DNA of 64,000 nucleotides from an uncultured Gammaproteobacteria bacterium. Lineage in GTDB: Bacteria; Patescibacteriota; Microgenomatia; UBA12405. Under the pieces are notes generated by a model. That model was not told where the DNA came from, searched no databases, and worked only from the letters and a program-made list of their open reading frames with translations. The position numbers and the translations under genes are program-made. Below, one piece after another: positions 20,592-30,697 of this stretch. Within the stretch, counting starts at the first letter, position 1; every line of letters starts with the position of its first letter. The DNA is taken from NCBI GenBank assembly GCA_964408995.1, contig CAYPBP010000001.1, forward strand, positions 74,823-138,822. The letters run 5' to 3'.

Positions 20592-21476
20592 ATGGAATTT
20601 CATACCCCAGTTTTATTAAAAGAAACTATCGACCTTTTAAACGTCCAAAAAGACCATCTTTATATTGATGGCACCCTTGGTCATGGCGGTCACACTTTAG
20701 AAATTTTAAAAAATGGTGGTATAGTTTATGGCTTTGACCAAGACCCAAACAACCTAAAAATTGCTAAGAATAGAATTCAAGAAGCTGGTTTTGATAAACA
20801 GTTCTTTCCAATTCATGGCAATTTTAATCAATTAGAAAAAATTGTCACCACTAAAATCTTAAAAAAAGCTGATGGCTTACTAATTGATTTAGGCTTAAGT
20901 CAAAATCAACAAACAGCACAAGATAGGGGATTTTCTTTTAATGACAATAATTCTCTTGATATGCGTCTAGACCCAGAAAACCAAGAATTAACCGCCGAAG
21001 AAATTATTAATACTTATGACTATGACCAACTTTACGAAATTTTTAGCAAATATGGTCAAGAAGTCTACAGTAAACCAATAATTCTAAAAATAATAAGACA
21101 ACGCCAAAAATCACCAATTCAAACAGCCACCAGATTAGCTGATATTGTTAGAGAATTTTATAAAGAACGCCATATTAGATCAAAAATAGATCCTAGTACT
21201 AAAATATTTTTAAGTCTAAGAATTATTGTTAACGAGGAATTTAATAATTTAAAAGATATCCTAAATCAAAGTCTAAAAATTGTTAAACCAGATGCTAATG
21301 TTTGTATCATCACTTTCCATTCAGGTGAAGACAGGATTGTTAAACAATTTATCAAAGATAATTCTTTACAAAAGAAGATAATTGAAAATAAAAAACCAAT
21401 TAAAGCCAGCTTTGAAGAAATCAAAAAAAATCCTCTATCTCGCTCTGCCACCCTAAGATCTTATAGAATCGTATAG
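20592..21476 (+). CDS. rsmH: 16S rRNA (cytosine1402-N4)-methyltransferase
   Basis: HTPVLLKETIDLL...YIDGTLGHGGHT is the RsmH/MraW signature. It sits at the head of the dcw cluster. Confidence 0.9.
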   Translation: MEFHTPVLLKETIDLLNVQKDHLYIDGTLGHGGHTLEILKNGGIVYGFDQDPNNLKIAKNRIQEAGFDKQFFPIHGNFNQLEKIVTTKILKKADGLLIDLGLSQNQQTAQDRGFSFNDNNSLDMRLDPENQELTAEEIINTYDYDQLYEIFSKYGQEVYSKPIILKIIRQRQKSPIQTATRLADIVREFYKERHIRSKIDPSTKIFLSLRIIVNEEFNNLKDILNQSLKIVKPDANVCIITFHSGEDRIVKQFIKDNSLQKKIIENKKPIKASFEEIKKNPLSRSATLRSYRIV

Positions 21477-21488
21477 AATAGTATAAGG

Positions 21489-21746
21489 ATGTTAAACAAA
21501 CCATTTTTTTTAATTCTATTTTTATTAGTCATTATTCAAGTTCTCTTTTCCTTTTATTATTCTAGTGAAATCATTAATCAAAATAATTTAATAAACAAAA
21601 ATAAAACAATTCTAGAAACATTAGAAATAGAAAACCAAGACCTAGAAGAAAAATTTGCTTCAGCATCTTCACTAAGACAAATTGAATCTTCTATTAACCA
21701 AAAAAATTACATTAATTTAAAAGAAAAATTAAATCTTCAAAATTAA
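21489..21746 (+). CDS. ftsL: FtsL-like small membrane cell-division protein
   Basis: 85 aa with one TM and a coiled-coil, located between rsmH and ftsI. Called by position and topology. Confidence 0.4.
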   Translation: MLNKPFFLILFLLVIIQVLFSFYYSSEIINQNNLINKNKTILETLEIENQDLEEKFASASSLRQIESSINQKNYINLKEKLNLQN

Positions 21747-21747
21747 A

Positions 21748-23400
21748 GTGTTAAAACAAAGATCAAAAATATTATCTATCACTCTAACTTTTTGTTTTGT
21801 TGTTGTTTCTTTTAGACTTTTTTATTGGCAAATAATAAAAGGTTATGAATTAAGTGAAAAAGCCAAAAACCAAACTTACAAACTAGAAAAAATAATCCCT
21901 AAACGAGGTCAAATATATTCATCGGACAATTTTCCTTTAGCTTTAAACAAAACTAGTTACCAGCTTTCCATTTACAAACCAAATTTAAAAGATAACTTAG
22001 ATAATGTTATTAATAATATCGACCAAGTTGTCCCCAATTTCAAACTTGAAAATAATATATCAATCGATAATATAAAGAATAATCCCAATCAAAAATGGAT
22101 GACTTTTAACTCTCTTTTAAATGAATTTCAGAAAGAACAATTAGAGCTCCCTGGTATTGAATTTCAAAAAATTGAAAAAAGATATTACCCAGAAGAACCA
22201 ATGGCCAAAGATATTATCGGTATAATTGGAAAAAACTATGAAGGTTCACCAATTGGCTATGGGGGACTTGAAGCTTTTTATCAAAAAAAACTAAAGGGTA
22301 AAACTGGTTTTGTTTGGGCTCCGCAAGATGCCGTTGGAAAAACCGTTTTAAACAAAAAAAGTTGGAGTTCTGAATCAGTAAGTGGTAGAAACATTTTTAC
22401 TTATATTAATCGCAGTGCTCAATTTTATGTTGAAAAATTACTTAAAGAAGGTATCACTCAATTTTCAGCTGATTCTGGATCGATAACAGTTATAGATCCC
22501 AAAACTGGAGCTATTATCGCCATGGCTTCTTTGACTAGCACTAGTTCGGCCACACCTAGTTCCAATATCAGAAACCCAGCTATTTCTGATCTATTTGAAC
22601 CAGGCTCAATTTTTAAACCAATTATAGTTTCTATGGCACTCGACGCCAAATCAATTGACACTGATTACATTTGCACCCAATGTGATCGACCAAATGTAAT
22701 TGGTAAAGATAACATCAGTAACTGGGATGGGGCACTTCACCCTAACTCCAGTCTTCAAGATATTATAAAAAATTCTGATAATATCGGCATGAGTCATATT
22801 ATTAGTAAACTTGGTCTTAAAAATTTTTTAAGTTATTATCAAAAACTTGGTCTTAGTCAAAAAACCGGTATCGATCTTCAAGGAGAATCTAAAGCATCTT
22901 TAAAAACGAAATGGCCAGACATAGACTTAGCCACTGCTTCCTTTGGTCAAGGTATAGTTGTCACTCAAATAAATATGCTTCAAGCTTTTAATGTCATTGC
23001 TAATGATGGTGTTTTGGTTAAACCAAAAGTTGCTAATTATTTTACCGAAGAAGATAAGATTATAAAAAATAAAAACCAAACAGAAACTCAAATTTTCAAA
23101 CCAGAAACTATAAAAAATATGAAAGACATTTTGAAATATTCAGTTGAAAATGGAGTTATTGCCAAACTAAAACCAAAAGATATTGAGGTTTGTGCCAAAA
23201 GTGGTACCGCCCAAATAGCTGTTAAAGGTAAATACTCTGATTCTTCAACCATTGCTTCTTACATTGGTTTTTCTCCATGTATTAACCCTAAGTTTACGAT
23301 GATTGTCACTATTAACAATCCTAAAACTTCTCCTTGGGGATCAAGTACGGCTGCCCCAATTTGGTATGATTTGGCCTCAAAGCTAAACTATTTGTTATAA
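21748..23400 (+). CDS. ftsI: penicillin-binding protein transpeptidase (FtsI/PBP2-like)
   Basis: N-terminal TM, a dimerisation domain, and a transpeptidase KSGTA (KTG-type) motif. Confidence 0.8.
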   Translation: MLKQRSKILSITLTFCFVVVSFRLFYWQIIKGYELSEKAKNQTYKLEKIIPKRGQIYSSDNFPLALNKTSYQLSIYKPNLKDNLDNVINNIDQVVPNFKLENNISIDNIKNNPNQKWMTFNSLLNEFQKEQLELPGIEFQKIEKRYYPEEPMAKDIIGIIGKNYEGSPIGYGGLEAFYQKKLKGKTGFVWAPQDAVGKTVLNKKSWSSESVSGRNIFTYINRSAQFYVEKLLKEGITQFSADSGSITVIDPKTGAIIAMASLTSTSSATPSSNIRNPAISDLFEPGSIFKPIIVSMALDAKSIDTDYICTQCDRPNVIGKDNISNWDGALHPNSSLQDIIKNSDNIGMSHIISKLGLKNFLSYYQKLGLSQKTGIDLQGESKASLKTKWPDIDLATASFGQGIVVTQINMLQAFNVIANDGVLVKPKVANYFTEEDKIIKNKNQTETQIFKPETIKNMKDILKYSVENGVIAKLKPKDIEVCAKSGTAQIAVKGKYSDSSTIASYIGFSPCINPKFTMIVTINNPKTSPWGSSTAAPIWYDLASKLNYLL

Positions 23401-23414
23401 TCAAATACTAGAAA

Positions 23415-24716
23415 ATGATACAGAAAATTAAAAACAACTTCTGGCATCTGCCTAAAAACTTTTTATTGAATATTAAATACGGTTTTCCCTCCAAAAAACT
23501 TATTTTAATTGGCATCACCGGCACAGATGGTAAAACTACCACTTGTACTCTTATTCATGAAATTTTAAGGAAATCTGGTATAAAAGCAGGTTTAATCAGC
23601 ACTATTTGTGCCAAGATTGAAGATAAAGAAATAAGCACTGGTTTACACACCACTTCTCCAGATCCAAGTCTAATTCAAAAAATTTTTATTGATATGATAA
23701 AAGCTGGTGTCACCCACGTTGTTTGTGAAGTAACTTCTCATGCTTTAGATCAAAATCGTTTTTTTGGTTGTAAATTCGAAGTTTCTGGTATCACTAATGT
23801 TTCCCATGAACATATGGATTACCATAAAACCATGACCAATTATATAAATGCTAAAGCTAAACTTTTTTCCATGTCAAAAAGTGCTATTTTAAATAAAGAT
23901 GATCAATCTTTTAATTTAATTAAAAAACAAATCAAAGTTCCCTTTAAAACATTCAGTATCAAAGATGATTCTGATTATCAAGCCAAAAAAATTAAATTAG
24001 ACGAAAATTCACTTAGTTTTGAAGTTAATGATCAAAAATTCATCACCGATAGTAACCAAGAATATCAAGTCTATAATATTTTATTAACTCTCGGCATTTG
24101 TCAAAAATTAAAAATAGATACTAACATAATTCAAGAAGTTATCAAAAAATTTCCCGAAACCAGAGGTCGACGTGAAGAAGTTGAGAATAATCTTAAGATA
24201 AAAACTATTATTGATTTTGCTCATACTCCAAACGCTCTATCTTCATCACTATCATCACTTAAAAAAACAACTAAAGGAAATCTTGTCGTTATTTTTGGAG
24301 CTACCGGAGGTAGAGACCAAAGTAAAAGGCCTAAAATGGGTGAAGTTGTTTCCAATATAGCCAATATTGCCATAATTACTTCAGATGATACTCGAAATGA
24401 AAAGATAGAAAACATTAATAAACAAATAATTAGTGGTATAGATCAAAAAAAATCAGAACTAATTGATCATCAAGAAATTAAAAATAAAAAACATCTTCAA
24501 AAAATAATTGAATTATCAAAACATAAATTTGTTTATTTTAATGTTCCCAATCGTCAAGATGCTTTCACTTTAGCTGTCAAACTAAGTCAACCTAGTGACA
24601 CTATTATTGCTTGTGGCAAAGGACACGAAAAAACTATCCTTCATGGCAATACTGAATATCCTTGGTCTGAAGCAGAAGCTTTTAGAACTGCTTTTAGACT
24701 TAGAAAAAATAAGTAA
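23415..24716 (+). CDS. murE: Mur ligase, probably UDP-MurNAc-L-Ala-D-Glu:diamino-acid ligase
   Basis: LIGITGTDGKTTT is the Mur-ligase P-loop. It follows ftsI, as murE does in dcw clusters. Confidence 0.65.
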   Translation: MIQKIKNNFWHLPKNFLLNIKYGFPSKKLILIGITGTDGKTTTCTLIHEILRKSGIKAGLISTICAKIEDKEISTGLHTTSPDPSLIQKIFIDMIKAGVTHVVCEVTSHALDQNRFFGCKFEVSGITNVSHEHMDYHKTMTNYINAKAKLFSMSKSAILNKDDQSFNLIKKQIKVPFKTFSIKDDSDYQAKKIKLDENSLSFEVNDQKFITDSNQEYQVYNILLTLGICQKLKIDTNIIQEVIKKFPETRGRREEVENNLKIKTIIDFAHTPNALSSSLSSLKKTTKGNLVVIFGATGGRDQSKRPKMGEVVSNIANIAIITSDDTRNEKIENINKQIISGIDQKKSELIDHQEIKNKKHLQKIIELSKHKFVYFNVPNRQDAFTLAVKLSQPSDTIIACGKGHEKTILHGNTEYPWSEAEAFRTAFRLRKNK

Positions 24717-24717
24717 T

Positions 24718-25314
24718 ATGAGTCAATTCAATATAAAAAACGATCAAAATATAGATAATAATTATCAAGCTGGTTTTCTTCCCCAAAGAAATGACAAGAA
24801 CTTATTTTATTTTCAAAGCAGTTGCCGTTCTAATTTAAACAACTTTAAGCTTAGCTCTGAGAATCGTCGAATTATTAATAAAACAGATAATTTTACTTTT
24901 GAAAAAATTGCCATCAATAATTTTGATTACAACTTTAAAATTCAAAAAGAAATTAACACTTGGGTAAAAAATTTAAAGTGGGATTTTCCTATAAGTTCAA
25001 TTAAAAACGTTTTTACTAATCATATTTTCAATTATGTTTATGTTTGGAAAAATGAGAATAATCAAATAATTGCTTATTCTCTCTGTTATTTTTCCCAAAA
25101 GATAAGTCACATTGCTTATGTTTTTTATAACCCAGATTGTGCTCATGGAAATTTACCAATCAGACTTGTCCTTCAAACTATTATTGATAGTCAACAATTA
25201 GGGCTTGAATATTGTTATTTAGGTCGTTTCTCAAAAGAAACTGGTTATTACAAAAGAAACATGCCTGGTTTTGAATATTTCGAAAATCAAAACTGGATTA
25301 AATATGAAAAATAA
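24718..25314 (+). CDS. Bpt/Ate1-like aminoacyl-tRNA--protein transferase family (GNAT fold) protein
   Basis: C-terminal YLGRFSKETGYYKRNMPGFEY resembles the ATE_C/Bpt motif (GYY...YK..F.P.E). Start set at ATG 24718, just after the murE stop. Confidence 0.4.
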   Translation: MSQFNIKNDQNIDNNYQAGFLPQRNDKNLFYFQSSCRSNLNNFKLSSENRRIINKTDNFTFEKIAINNFDYNFKIQKEINTWVKNLKWDFPISSIKNVFTNHIFNYVYVWKNENNQIIAYSLCYFSQKISHIAYVFYNPDCAHGNLPIRLVLQTIIDSQQLGLEYCYLGRFSKETGYYKRNMPGFEYFENQNWIKYEK

Positions 25315-25322
25315 ATTAATTT

Positions 25323-25358
25323 TATACTTAATACTTAATACTAAATACTAAATACTTT
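25323..25358. repeat. heptamer tandem repeat (TAATACT/AAATACT)n, intergenic, upstream of murC
   Basis: TATACTTAATACTTAATACTAAATACTAAATACT. Confidence 0.5.
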
Positions 25359-25359
25359 T

Positions 25360-26733
25360 ATGCATATACACATCTTAGGAATTGCTGGAACCATGACCGC
25401 CTCTCTGGCTGTAGCCCTTCAAAAAGAAGGTCACACCATCACTGGTTCTGATCAAGACAAAATTTATCCACCAGTAAGCACTATTTTAAAAAAAGCTAAT
25501 ATAGATATAAATTCTACTAAGATAAATAAAAATATAGATTTAGCTATAATCGGTTCTTCTTTTTCTAGTTTTCAAAAAACTAAAGAAGAATTTGAACAAA
25601 TTAAAAAACTAAAAATCAAATATATTTCAGCAAGCGTTTTTATTGCTCAAAATTTAATCAAAGAAAATTCTATTCTTATTGCTGGGACTTATGGCAAAAC
25701 CACTATCTCATCTTTAGTCTCTTGGGTTTTTAATCAATCAAATCTAAATCCCAATTATATGTTTGGTGGAGAAGCTATTAATCGCTTTCCAGCCACTAAC
25801 ATTTCATCCTCAGATTGGTCAATAATCGAAGCTGATGAATCAATTCATGGTTTAGATACTAAAGCCAAATTTCTTTATTACCCAGTTAAATACTTATTAT
25901 TAACCAGTGCCGATTGGGAACATAAAGATTCTTATAAAACTGAAATCGACAATTTTAATGCCTTTAAAGAATTGATTACCAATATCCAAAAAGATGGAAT
26001 TTTATTTATAAATTCCAATGGTTTTCATACCAAAGAATTAAGTCTTTATTCAAATTCAAAAATTATTACTTACAATTCCCCAACATCTGACTATTTTATT
26101 AAAAATATAAAAATTAAAAAGAATTACACTCTTTTAAATATTAGTACACCAAGGGAAATTATCCAAATTAAAACCAAGTTAATTGGTGATTTTAATTTTG
26201 AAAATATTTTAGCTGCCATTGCCATTACTGATACTTTTAATTTAAAACTAACCAACATCAAAAAAGCTGTTTTAAGTTTTAAAGGAATCAAACGTCGAAT
26301 TGAAAATGTCTCAACTAAAAATAATATTTTAATATTTGATGATTTTGCCCAATCAGCCAACCGAGTAGAATCAACCCTAAAAGCTATTCATTCTCACTTC
26401 CCTAAAAAAAATATTAAAGTTTTATACCAAGCTCATGCTTCTTTTATTCAATATAAAGAAAGTCTAAAAGATTTTAAAAATGCTTTTTTAAAAGCATCCC
26501 AAGTAGTTTTAACTCAATTAAACTATCAAAAAAATATAGATAAAAATCAACGAACTACAGTTAAAGATTTTAAAGAAACTATCGGAAACAAACTTGTATA
26601 TTTACCAACCGATAAAGAAGTCGTTGAGTTTTATAAAAAAAACCTAAACAAAAATGATGTTTTGATAAACATGAGTTCTGGTGGCTTTTATGGAAATAAA
26701 ATGATTAAATCTATTATCAACTCTTTAAAATAA
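25360..26733 (+). CDS. murC: Mur ligase, MurC/Mpl-like
   Basis: MHIHILGIAGTMTASLAVAL..GHTITGSD matches the MurC/Mpl N-terminus, and AGTYGKTT is the P-loop. Confidence 0.65.
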   Translation: MHIHILGIAGTMTASLAVALQKEGHTITGSDQDKIYPPVSTILKKANIDINSTKINKNIDLAIIGSSFSSFQKTKEEFEQIKKLKIKYISASVFIAQNLIKENSILIAGTYGKTTISSLVSWVFNQSNLNPNYMFGGEAINRFPATNISSSDWSIIEADESIHGLDTKAKFLYYPVKYLLLTSADWEHKDSYKTEIDNFNAFKELITNIQKDGILFINSNGFHTKELSLYSNSKIITYNSPTSDYFIKNIKIKKNYTLLNISTPREIIQIKTKLIGDFNFENILAAIAITDTFNLKLTNIKKAVLSFKGIKRRIENVSTKNNILIFDDFAQSANRVESTLKAIHSHFPKKNIKVLYQAHASFIQYKESLKDFKNAFLKASQVVLTQLNYQKNIDKNQRTTVKDFKETIGNKLVYLPTDKEVVEFYKKNLNKNDVLINMSSGGFYGNKMIKSIINSLK

Positions 26734-26736
26734 AAT

Positions 26737-28065
26737 ATGCCCAAATATATAATCAACGGTGGTAAAGAATTAAAAGGTGAAGTTTCTATAAGAGGAGCTA
26801 AAAATGCCAGTTTTAAGCAAGTAATTGCTTCAATGCTAACGGACCAAAAAGTCATTTTAAATAACGTACCTCAAATATCAGATGTAAAAATTACTACCAG
26901 TATTGCCAAAAGTCTTGGTTGTAATGTCCAGCAAACTGGGGAACATGGTCTTGAATTAACAACCCAAAAAATCACCAATTCTGTTGTCCCAACTGGAACT
27001 GGAGAAAAATCTAGAACTTCTTTTATGTTTGCCGCTCCATTATTAACCAGAACCGGCAGTGCTATTGTCCCAGTCCCAGGTGGAGATAAATTAGGTGACC
27101 GACCACTAAATCGTCTTTTTGATTGTTTTTCTAAAATGAACATTAAAACTGTTGAATCAGAAAAAACAATAACTTTTAATACTGACAAAATTGTAGGAAC
27201 TCATTACACTTTTTCAAAACCATCACACACTGTAACTGAAGTAGTTTTAATGACCGCAGCCCTGGCCCAGGGTGAAACCATTCTTGATAATGCCGCTCTA
27301 GAACCAGAAATTGATGACTTAATTTTAATGTTAAATAATATGGGTGCCAAAATTCAAAGAGATACTGCCAATGAAAAAAGAATTATAATTCAAGGAGTTT
27401 CTTCCCTAAAAGGTGTCCAACACGACATAATCTGTGACCGCAATGAAATAATAACTTTTGCTTGTGCTGCTTTGGCGACCAAGGGTTCTATTTGTATTTT
27501 AAGAGTCAAACCAGAAATTGTTAGTACTTTTTTAGAAACTATAAAAACCATGGGGGCTGAAGTAAGAACTGGTAAAGATGAACTCTGTGTCAAATGGGTG
27601 AAGCCGTTAACTGGTGTCAACATTGAAACTGGCCCAGAACCTATGTTTATGACCGATTGGCAGGCTATTTTTACAGTTCTTTTAAGCCAAACTGTGGGTT
27701 GTAGCTCAATTATTGAAAGAGTCTATCCAAACCGATTTCAACATATAGAAAACTTAATAAATATGGGAGTAAAAGTAAAATTTTTCAATCCAGAAATAGC
27801 TAACCCAGATGATTATTACCAATTTAATAAAGAAAGTGATCGACCAGAATACTTTCATGGAGTTAAAATTTACGGACCAAGCAAGCTTAAACCTACTAAT
27901 TTTACTATCAATGATCTTCGATCCGGAGCTTGTGTCACTATAGCCGCCCTAACAGCACCAGGTGAATCAGTTATTAATGGTGTTGAATATATTGAAAGAG
28001 GCTATGAAAAACTGGCCGAACGTCTTTGGTCTTTAGGTGCTAATATAGAGTATATAAAAACCTAA
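26737..28065 (+). CDS. murA: UDP-N-acetylglucosamine 1-carboxyvinyltransferase
   Basis: INGGKELKGEVSIRGAKNA N-terminus and EPT-fold length. Confidence 0.9.
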   Translation: MPKYIINGGKELKGEVSIRGAKNASFKQVIASMLTDQKVILNNVPQISDVKITTSIAKSLGCNVQQTGEHGLELTTQKITNSVVPTGTGEKSRTSFMFAAPLLTRTGSAIVPVPGGDKLGDRPLNRLFDCFSKMNIKTVESEKTITFNTDKIVGTHYTFSKPSHTVTEVVLMTAALAQGETILDNAALEPEIDDLILMLNNMGAKIQRDTANEKRIIIQGVSSLKGVQHDIICDRNEIITFACAALATKGSICILRVKPEIVSTFLETIKTMGAEVRTGKDELCVKWVKPLTGVNIETGPEPMFMTDWQAIFTVLLSQTVGCSSIIERVYPNRFQHIENLINMGVKVKFFNPEIANPDDYYQFNKESDRPEYFHGVKIYGPSKLKPTNFTINDLRSGACVTIAALTAPGESVINGVEYIERGYEKLAERLWSLGANIEYIKT

Positions 28066-28069
28066 TTTT

Positions 28070-29104
28070 ATGATGCAATTATATCTAGGACTCCTACTTT
28101 TTTCATTTTTAATTACTAGTATTTTAGTAGTTCCATTTATCAATCTGCTTTATAAACTAAAATTTCAACGCCAACTTCAAAAAACAACTGATTTTCAAAA
28201 CAATAGAACTCCTATTTTTGATAAATTTCATAATCAAAAACAAGGTACACCTGTTGGTGGGGGTTTATTAGTTATTGTTTCTGTCTGTATTATTTTTGCC
28301 TTTCTTTTCCCAATTTTAAAGTTTTCTAACCTTTTTATTTCATCTAACTACAATATAACTCACGAATTAACTATTTTATTTTTTACCTTTATTAGTTTTG
28401 GGTTACTAGGTCTTTACGATGATATTTATAAATTCTTTGGTTTTAGTAAAACTGGTTTCTTTGGTCTAAAAATGTTTTATAAATTAGTTTTACAACTAAT
28501 TTTAGCTTTAATTATTTCTTCAATGATTTATTTTCAACTAGGTACTGATTTCATTTACATTCCTTTCTTAGGCATCATTAAACTAGGAATTTTCTTTATC
28601 CCTATTTCCACTCTTATCATTGCTGGTTTTGCTAATTTCTTTAATATTACCGACGGTCTAGATGGTCTTTCCTGTGGTTTATTAATGATTTCTCTCTTTG
28701 CTTTTTGGATACTAGCCAGCACTTCAATGGATACAGTCATTTCATCATTTCTTGCTCTCTGGATTGGCGCTTTAATCGCCTTTTTATATTTCAATGTTCA
28801 TCCGGCTAGAATTTGGTTAGGAGATGTTGGGGCCCTATCTTTTGGTGCCACTTTTGCAGTCATTGCTCTTTTGCTTGGCAAAATAGTTCCTTTAATTATT
28901 GTTGGAGCTCCTTTCCTAGTCGAAGGACTTTCCAGTGCCATTCAAATTCTTTCAAAAAAATTCTTAAAAAGAAAAATATTTCCAGCTGCTCCAATTCATT
29001 TAACTCTTCAACACCTTGGTTGGGAAGAAGATAAAATTGTTTTTAGGGCTTGGCTAGCTGGTATTATGTTAGCTATATTTGGACTATGGTTGGGAATAAA
29101 TTAA
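28070..29104 (+). CDS. mraY: phospho-N-acetylmuramoyl-pentapeptide transferase
   Basis: Polytopic, with the MraY motifs ITDGLDGL and GDVGALSFGA. Confidence 0.9.
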   Translation: MMQLYLGLLLFSFLITSILVVPFINLLYKLKFQRQLQKTTDFQNNRTPIFDKFHNQKQGTPVGGGLLVIVSVCIIFAFLFPILKFSNLFISSNYNITHELTILFFTFISFGLLGLYDDIYKFFGFSKTGFFGLKMFYKLVLQLILALIISSMIYFQLGTDFIYIPFLGIIKLGIFFIPISTLIIAGFANFFNITDGLDGLSCGLLMISLFAFWILASTSMDTVISSFLALWIGALIAFLYFNVHPARIWLGDVGALSFGATFAVIALLLGKIVPLIIVGAPFLVEGLSSAIQILSKKFLKRKIFPAAPIHLTLQHLGWEEDKIVFRAWLAGIMLAIFGLWLGIN

Positions 29105-29628
29105 CACAACTTAAAAAAGAAATTGAACATTATATTGGTTTGCCATATAGTAAAAATATTCTTAAAGATGGCAAAATAATCAAAGAACAATTTCTTGGGG
29201 GTAAGGGCAACTGTCGTCAAATTGCTACTGAAACCATTAGACTTGCCCAAAAACAAAAAATAGACCTACTCAAATTAACTAATCAAGAATTCTACAATTT
29301 TCAAAAAAAGAATCATCTTGGTATCGATTGTTCTGGTCTTGTTTGCCAACTACTCAATTTTTATTTTGAAACCAATTTAAATCCACGTAAAAACTCGGCT
29401 AACATGCTCACTTCTGCTCCACTTTCAAAAGAAATAAAAGAAGAAGATATTAAAACAGGGGATTTAGTTAGACAAAAAAACGGTCATCACGTTTTATTTA
29501 TAATTGAAAAACAAGGCAATATTATCAAATACGTTGATAGCTCTCGTGAAAACAGAGGAGTCAAATACGGTCAGTTTGACCTTCAAGACAAAACCTTTAA
29601 ACACCTTGGTTTCTATCGATTAAAATAA
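29086..29628 (+). CDS. NlpC/P60-family cysteine peptidase-like protein
   Basis: GIDCSGLVCQ catalytic Cys motif followed by a downstream His (GHHVLFI). The ORF track starts at 29050, inside mraY; a later start is more likely. Confidence 0.5.
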   Translation: MVGNKLTQLKKEIEHYIGLPYSKNILKDGKIIKEQFLGGKGNCRQIATETIRLAQKQKIDLLKLTNQEFYNFQKKNHLGIDCSGLVCQLLNFYFETNLNPRKNSANMLTSAPLSKEIKEEDIKTGDLVRQKNGHHVLFIIEKQGNIIKYVDSSRENRGVKYGQFDLQDKTFKHLGFYRLK

Positions 29629-29640
29629 ATTCACAAATGT

Positions 29641-29662
29641 ACCCCCGCAGCTGCGGGGGTAC
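29641..29662. terminator. perfect 20-bp GC-rich palindrome (ACCCCCGCAGCTGCGGGGGT), a candidate bidirectional terminator between the convergent P60 gene and the lysW-like gene
   Basis: The perfect hairpin is visible directly in the sequence. It is GC-rich in a roughly 28% GC background, and the flanks are moderately T-rich on both strands. Confidence 0.45.
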
Positions 29663-29676
29663 ATTTAATTAATTAC

Positions 29677-29835
29677 TTATTTTTCTTCAACCAACTCTCT
29701 ATATTTCAAAGGATCTAAAGATATAATTTCCACTTCAGTGCCACATTCAAGGCATTCAACTATATCTCCAACCATAGTTTCTTTTTGTAATTTAATTTCA
29801 GATTTACAATCTGGGCAAACAACTTTATCGTTCAT
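29677..29835 (-). CDS. LysW-like zinc-ribbon amino-group carrier protein (52 aa)
   Basis: This ORF is absent from the six-frame track because it is under 60 aa. Translation: MNDKVVCPDCKSEIKLQKETMVGDIVECLECGTEVEIISLDPLKYRELVEEK. The CPxC...GD-VEC-EC...E-E pattern matches LysW/ArgW, e.g. Thermus ...GELVVCEDCGAELEVVGLDPL..., and the tail is acidic. Confidence 0.55.
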   Translation of the reverse strand: MNDKVVCPDCKSEIKLQKETMVGDIVECLECGTEVEIISLDPLKYRELVEEK

Positions 29836-29875
29836 GTTTTATTAAAATTAATAACTAGTATAATTAAGCTATTAT

Positions 29876-30697
29876 ATGGCAAACACACCTTTAATTAAAT
29901 TAGAGAATATATATTTCAAAAGAGAAGATTTAAATGAAACTGGCTCAGCCAAAGATAGGGCTATTATTTTTCAAATAGAAAATCTAAAAAAACAAGGCTA
30001 TAAACAAGCTGTAATTTCTAGTACCGGCAACGCCGCCATCTCCGCTTCCTATTTTTGCCATCTAAATAATATCGAATTAACTGTCTTTTTATCTCCCAAA
30101 GTCAACCAAAACAAATTAAACCTAATTAAAAAATACCCTTGCCAAATAATTTTTTCCAAAAAAGCCATCAGTGACGCTATAAAATTTTCTAAAAAAAATA
30201 ACAGTTATCTGCTTCGCCAATCAACCGATCCTAGTGCCTTAATTGGTTATCAAGAAATTGGTAAAGAATTATTAAAAGAATTACCTCAAATCACCAGTGT
30301 TTTTGTTCCAGTTGGTAGTGGTGCTACTCTTTTAGGAATTTCCCAATCCTTAAATCCATCAGTTAAAATTTTTGCCATTCAACCAGCCAGTAATTGCCCT
30401 TTATCACAATATTTTGATAAAGATTATGAAAAAGAAACAGAAAATATCACTGACGCCATTTCTGTAAAATACCTACCTCTTAAACCACTTATTATTTCTA
30501 CCATCAAAAATAGCCAAGGAAATGGATTAATTGTTAAAAACAAAAATATTTTAGAAGCTCAAAAAGAACTAGAAACAAATCAAATTAAAACTTCTCTTGA
30601 AGGAGCCATGGCTTTTGCTGGCCTAAAAAAAGCTATTGATAACAAATTAGAAATAGGCAATTACCCAGTCATACTTTTAACCGGATGTCAAAGATAA
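29876..30697 (+). CDS. PLP-dependent fold-type II enzyme (threonine synthase/cysteine synthase-like)
   Basis: KREDLNETGSAKDR is the PLP-lysine motif N-P-T-G-S-x-K-D-R. STGNAAIS and VGSGATLLGI are the phosphate-binding loops. It is short at 273 aa. Confidence 0.6.
   Translation: MANTPLIKLENIYFKREDLNETGSAKDRAIIFQIENLKKQGYKQAVISSTGNAAISASYFCHLNNIELTVFLSPKVNQNKLNLIKKYPCQIIFSKKAISDAIKFSKKNNSYLLRQSTDPSALIGYQEIGKELLKELPQITSVFVPVGSGATLLGISQSLNPSVKIFAIQPASNCPLSQYFDKDYEKETENITDAISVKYLPLKPLIISTIKNSQGNGLIVKNKNILEAQKELETNQIKTSLEGAMAFAGLKKAIDNKLEIGNYPVILLTGCQR

Noticed and set aside
24595-24717. Upstream extension of the Bpt-like ORF that overlaps the murE 3' end
   Set aside because: The extension is low-complexity and overlaps murE. 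An ATG at 24718 directly follows the murE stop.
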